Source of the DNA: an uncultured Alphaproteobacteria bacterium
GTDB lineage: Bacteria > Pseudomonadota > Alphaproteobacteria > CACIAM-22H2
NCBI GenBank assembly: GCA_963748455.1
Contig: CAVVJD010000022.1
Coordinates: 384,143 to 448,142 of the forward strand
Direction: 5' to 3'
DNA length: 64,000 nucleotides
The notes under the pieces are model-generated. The model was given only the letters and a program-made list of their open reading frames with translations, was not told where the DNA came from and made no database searches. Positions 57,681-64,000 of this stretch are shown in pieces; positions within the stretch are counted from its first letter, which is position 1, and each line of letters starts with the position of its first letter. Made by a program: the position numbers and the translations under genes.

Positions 57681-58301
57681 ATGACGACGACGAAAGCGGC
57701 ATCTTTCGAGCTGATGAAGCTGCCTTATGCGGATTCGGCGCTGGCGCCGGTCATCTCGGCCAACATCATTGGTTTCCATTACGGCAAGCATCACCGCGGC
57801 TATGTCGACACGGTCAACAAACTGGTTCAGGGCACGAAGCTGGATGACTTGCCGCTCGAGGATCTGATCAAGAAGACCGCGGGCGACGCCAAGCAGGCAC
57901 CGCTCTTCAATGCCGCCGCGCAGATCTGGAATCACGATTTCTATTGGAAGAGCCTGAAGCCGAATGGCGGCGGTGCCCCCAGCGGTGCTGTCAAGGCGAA
58001 GATCAACTCAGATCTGGGCGGCTACGACAAGTTCAAAGCGGATTTCGCGGCGATCAGCAACGGCCAGTTCGGCAGCGGCTGGGGCTGGCTGGTGGTCGAT
58101 AACGGCAAGCTCGCGTTGCAGAAGACCGGCAACGCCGACACGCCAATGGCGCGCGGCACCAACTGTCTGCTCACCGTCGATGTGTGGGAGCACGCCTACT
58201 ATCTGGACTACCAGAACCGGCGCGCGGACTACACGGCGGCGGTGATCGACAAGCTGCTCAACTGGGATTTCGCCAACGAGCAATTGGCCAAGGCCAAATA
58301 A
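57681..58301 (+). CDS. sodB: Fe-type superoxide dismutase (cytoplasmic form)
   Basis: 206 aa, no signal peptide. Same motifs as the upstream paralogue and strong resemblance to E. coli SodB. GGAG SD. Confidence 0.9.
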   Translation: MTTTKAASFELMKLPYADSALAPVISANIIGFHYGKHHRGYVDTVNKLVQGTKLDDLPLEDLIKKTAGDAKQAPLFNAAAQIWNHDFYWKSLKPNGGGAPSGAVKAKINSDLGGYDKFKADFAAISNGQFGSGWGWLVVDNGKLALQKTGNADTPMARGTNCLLTVDVWEHAYYLDYQNRRADYTAAVIDKLLNWDFANEQLAKAK

Positions 58302-58422
58302 GGCTGCGGCGATGGCCGGCCGCCTGGTTCGACAAGGGACCGGGCGGCTCCTCATCGGTTTGCGTCAGGATTTGGACGGCTTGACGCCGGTACGCCCCCC
58401 CGGTGCGCCGAGACTGGCGTGG

Positions 58423-58860
58423 TCACCCTGAGCCGCTGATATACTCCCGCAACGCGTCGGCCTCGCGTTGAATCTCATCGAGACGATGCTTGACCACGTC
58501 GCCGATGCTGATGATGCCGCAAAGCTGTCCTTGCATGTCGACGACCGGAATGTGGCGGATGCGGCGCTGGGTCATCAGCCCCATGATCGCGCTCACGTGA
58601 TCCTCGGGGAAACAGGTAAAGACCTCTTTGGTCATCATATCGCCAATACGCTCGTTCAGTGCCGCGACACCGCGATCGGCGATTGCGTTCATGATCCCGC
58701 GCTCCGAAACGATGCCATGAATTCGCACATCGTCGTCGGAGACGACCAGGGCTCCGACGGTTTCAGCGCGCATGCGCCGGAGGGCGTCAGCCACCGTGGC
58801 TTCGGACCGGATGGTGCGGACCTCCCGCCCTTTGACGGCCAGGATTAACTCGATGATCAT
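58423..58860 (-). CDS. CBS-pair domain protein
   Basis: Two CBS repeats (VGALVVSDDD..IHGIVSERGIM and IRHIPVVDMQGQLCGIISIGDVV). ATG at 58860. Confidence 0.8.
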   Translation of the reverse strand: MIIELILAVKGREVRTIRSEATVADALRRMRAETVGALVVSDDDVRIHGIVSERGIMNAIADRGVAALNERIGDMMTKEVFTCFPEDHVSAIMGLMTQRRIRHIPVVDMQGQLCGIISIGDVVKHRLDEIQREADALREYISGSG

Positions 58861-59061
58861 CGGACAATTCCTCTGCTCCGATGTTTTGCGAGATGGCGCA
58901 ATCATACCCGTCAATGGCAGGGACGGAAAGCGGACAGTCGCGGGCGGCGTCAGGGCAGCATCTCATGCGACAAGCGACTGCGGGGCTTGCCATGGCGGGT
59001 CACGAGCCAAATTCGGCGGGATCGCCGGTCGGGCCGGCCTTGCGCTTACGAGGGACGCGCC

Positions 59062-59808
59062 CTAGTTCGACGGCACGTTGAATGTGATGGCGGCGAGGAC
59101 GGGGCCCATATCGGCGCTCTGCACCAACACCACGCCGCCATCGCTTTTGCCGGCGATCGTGGAAAGGTCGATCGGCACGTCGACGGGCGTGCCCGAGAAC
59201 GTGCCAACCAGGCGCATCATGCGCACGACATTGTAATTGGGCAGGCGCTTGCCGCTATTCTCGCCCTTCGCGACATCGGTTTCGTGCTTGCGGTCGACTG
59301 CCACGAAAAAGATCTGTGCCGGCGCGGCCAGCGCCGGACCGCTCACGCGCGCGGTGCGCGTCAACCCTTCGCCCGTCAGCTCGATTACTGGCATTGGGCC
59401 AGCCGCGCGTTCTTTGCGCGCGCGCTCGATCAGGCGGTCGATGGCGCGGCGGTCGGAGCCGACCTCCTGGTATTTGCCGTCGACAATCATCTGCGGCGTG
59501 TAGACGTAGCGCTGGCCCAGCAGATACGAATAACCGCGCTGGCGTTTCGTGAAGCCGTGCTGCGCGAACGGGTCCTTCCAGCCGATATAATCCCAGTAAT
59601 CGACATGGAAGCTGAGCGCGATGATTTCGGGCCGGCGCGCGAGCTCGCCCAGGAACGCATCGGCCGGCGGGCAGGAACTGCAGCCCTGGCTGGTGAACAG
59701 CTCGACCACGATCGCCGGCTTGCCCTCCCCCGCCATCAACGGGGAGGCGGGCAGGATGGCTGTTGCGAGCGCGAACAGAGCGGTAGCGATGCGAAACGGC
59801 GAAACCAT
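59062..59808 (-). CDS. DUF1223 (thioredoxin-fold) secreted protein
   Basis: Signal peptide, then VVELFTSQGCSSCPPAD...SFHVDYWDYIGWKDPF, characteristic of DUF1223. Confidence 0.8.
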   Translation of the reverse strand: MVSPFRIATALFALATAILPASPLMAGEGKPAIVVELFTSQGCSSCPPADAFLGELARRPEIIALSFHVDYWDYIGWKDPFAQHGFTKRQRGYSYLLGQRYVYTPQMIVDGKYQEVGSDRRAIDRLIERARKERAAGPMPVIELTGEGLTRTARVSGPALAAPAQIFFVAVDRKHETDVAKGENSGKRLPNYNVVRMMRLVGTFSGTPVDVPIDLSTIAGKSDGGVVLVQSADMGPVLAAITFNVPSN

Positions 59809-59947
59809 GCGGCGATGATACGGAGCCGGCAGCGCGCCGCCAATCACCTTTGGGTGACGCCAGTCAAGTCGCCGTGACCGATTTCATGAATAATCCATCG
59901 GTCCGGGGCGTTATAATAAACCAATCCTTAAGCACAGGGAGGCATCC

Positions 59948-60241
59948 ATGCCGACCCGGACCGCCGTTTTCGCTGCCGCCGTCATCGTCCTCACTAGCGT
60001 CCTGGCAATCCCCGCGCGCGCCCAGACTCCGCCGCCGCCGGCGGAAAATTCGCCCGAGGCGCTGGCGCGCGAGGCCATCGACAAGCTGATGCAGGCGCTG
60101 TCGATGGCGATCCAGAATCTTCCGCAGTATGAAATGCCGCAACTCAACGAACGCGGCGACATCATCATCCGTCGCATCAATCCGCCGCCGCCGAAGAAGC
60201 CGGGGCAGCGGCCATTGGCCGATGACGAGGACCGGACGTGA
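59948..60241 (+). CDS. small secreted hypothetical protein
   Basis: 97-aa ORF with a clear signal peptide (AVFAAAVIVLTSVLAIPARAQ) and Pro-rich ends. No recognised domain. Confidence 0.45.
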   Translation: MPTRTAVFAAAVIVLTSVLAIPARAQTPPPPAENSPEALAREAIDKLMQALSMAIQNLPQYEMPQLNERGDIIIRRINPPPPKKPGQRPLADDEDRT

Positions 60242-60282
60242 TGCTTTTACGCTGCAAGGAATTTTGAGAGCGATGCCACTAA

Positions 60283-60452
60283 CCCTCTCCGCCCACGAAG
60301 TGGGGGGAGAGGGTGCGAGCGTGAGCGAGCGGGTGAGGTGGGTCTCTCCGCAAAAAATCCGTCCGACAGCGTAAGAACGGAACCACCACCTCACCCTCCC
60401 ACGCGCTTCGCGCGCGGGCCCCTCCCTCTCCCCCGCTTCGCGGCGGAGAGGG
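60283..60452. repeat. palindromic hairpin-rich intergenic element (copy C)
   Basis: Same terminal modules as copy B: left hairpin 60283..60313, GGGTGAGGTGG 60331..60341, CCACCTCACCC 60386..60396, right hairpin 60424..60452 (identical to copy B). The internal core differs. Confidence 0.85.
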
Positions 60453-60469
60453 AAAGTTCTCTCGGCGGA

Positions 60470-63160
<2,691 letters not shown>

Positions 63161-63228
63161 GGGGTGACTCCTGTCGTCTGGGGAGCGCGGAAGGGGGGGC
63201 CGGAAGAAGGTGGGCCGGCCGCCCTGAC

Positions 63229-63498
63229 TTACACGGTCCTGGTTAAGATTTGAAGCGCGGTCTCGGCGCCGGTCGATGGCCTGGCGCTTCCAGCCTCGAG
63301 AGCGGCGCGGCCGCGGTCGGTCAGGACCACCAAATTACCGCTCTGCCGTTGCACCAGGCCTTCACTGGTCGCGTCCTCCCAGACCGGCAGGCGCGGACAG
63401 CTTGTCCGCCACGCCTCCATGGTCTCGGCGTAGGAGCGCGGGCGCTCCGCCACCCAGGCCAGGAACTGCAGAGTCAGCAAGCCAAGCACATCGGACAT
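63229..63498 (-). CDS. conserved hypothetical protein (about 89 aa)
   Basis: ORF 63229..63582 trimmed to ATG 63498 ([30 protein letters not shown]...). Divergent from the LysR gene. Confidence 0.45.
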   Translation of the reverse strand: MSDVLGLLTLQFLAWVAERPRSYAETMEAWRTSCPRLPVWEDATSEGLVQRQSGNLVVLTDRGRAALEAGSARPSTGAETALQILTRTV

Positions 63499-63599
63499 GG
63501 GATCGCTCTGGTGTCGGTGATCAGACTGGAATCTAGGCCTCTTCGATCCATCTTTCAAATATATGATTTCATTTGTTGCCATATGTTATAGATATGGTC

Positions 63600-64000
63600 A
63601 TGGAGCTTCGCCACCTGCGGTATTTCATCGCCGTCGCCGAGGAAGGCCATATCACCCGCGCGGCCGAGCGGCTGGGCATCCAGCAGCCGCCGCTGAGCCA
63701 ACAGATCCGGGCGCTCGAGCGCGAGATGGATGTGCAGCTCTTCCGCCGACGACCGCGCGGCGTCGAGCTGACGGAGGCGGGGCGCATTTTTCTGGATGAG
63801 GCACGGGCCGTGCTCGGGCAGATCGACCATGCACTCGCCACCACGCGGCGCGCCGCGCGCGGCGAGCAGGGCCGCGTGGCGGTCGGCTTCACCAGCTCCG
63901 CCTCCTTCCATCCCTTCGTGCCGCGCGCCATCCGCAGCTTTCGCGAGGCGCATAGGCTGGTGTCGCTGGCGCTCGAGGAAAGCGGCACAGCGGAATTGGT
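63600..64000 (+). CDS. LysR family transcriptional regulator, N-terminal part (3' end outside window)
   Basis: Hand translation from ATG 63600: MELRHLRYFIAVAEEGHITRAAERLGIQQPPLSQQIRALEREMDVQLFRR... (LysR HTH). It is absent from the ORF track because there is no stop inside the window. Confidence 0.85.
   Translation, partial: MELRHLRYFIAVAEEGHITRAAERLGIQQPPLSQQIRALEREMDVQLFRRRPRGVELTEAGRIFLDEARAVLGQIDHALATTRRAARGEQGRVAVGFTSSASFHPFVPRAIRSFREAHRLVSLALEESGTAEL

Noticed and set aside
56673-57935. 420-aa ORF on the minus strand
   Set aside because: It is antisense across both SOD genes and their spacer. The sequence is low-complexity and Arg/Gly-rich. The SOD frames carry unmistakable motifs.
63555-63988. 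132-aa and 139-aa minus-strand ORFs
   Set aside because: They are antisense to the clear LysR-family N terminus, which starts at 63600 on the plus strand.

Overview
The window is GC-rich (about two-thirds G+C by eye, not computed). It looks like core chromosome of an alphaproteobacterium, probably Hyphomicrobiales/Bradyrhizobiaceae-like; that placement rests only on protein similarity recalled from memory. I can support about 62 protein-coding genes, one tRNA-Arg(CCT) and three copies of a palindromic intergenic repeat family. I found no rRNA, transposase, integrase, phage gene, CRISPR array or recognisable defence system. Gene content, in order: pgk; a two-domain cold-shock protein; rlmJ; an ECF sigma/anti-sigma pair; a PLD/cardiolipin-synthase lipoprotein; a porin; several membrane transporters (MarC, FUSC, AI-2E, AAEx/YidE-like); a large PLP Orn/Lys/Arg-type decarboxylase; gltS plus a TAXI-type binding lipoprotein; a NarL-type two-component pair; GH15; PagL-like; pip; an M48 protease; the cluster carD-fdxA-TerC-Usp-TerC-hslR-helicase; htpG; the kynurenine operon kynB-kynU-kynA; a GntR/enolase-superfamily/ABC-transporter locus; tandem Fe-SOD genes; and acnA. 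Most notable observations: (1) at least 10 conserved genes need a 1-nt frame correction, which means either indel sequencing errors or real pseudogenisation; (2) the decarboxylase is operonic with an AAEx transporter instead of the usual APC antiporter; (3) gltS is translationally coupled to a TAXI lipoprotein, and no TRAP membrane subunit is present; (4) there are tandem Fe-SOD paralogues, one carrying a twin-arginine signal; (5) a PPP-family phosphatase homologue next to carD has its first three catalytic motifs substituted; (6) the hairpin-rich palindromic repeat family shows a compensatory stem substitution between copies. I see no clear novel multi-gene system such as a defence island. 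The candidates above are hypotheses from sequence reading only.
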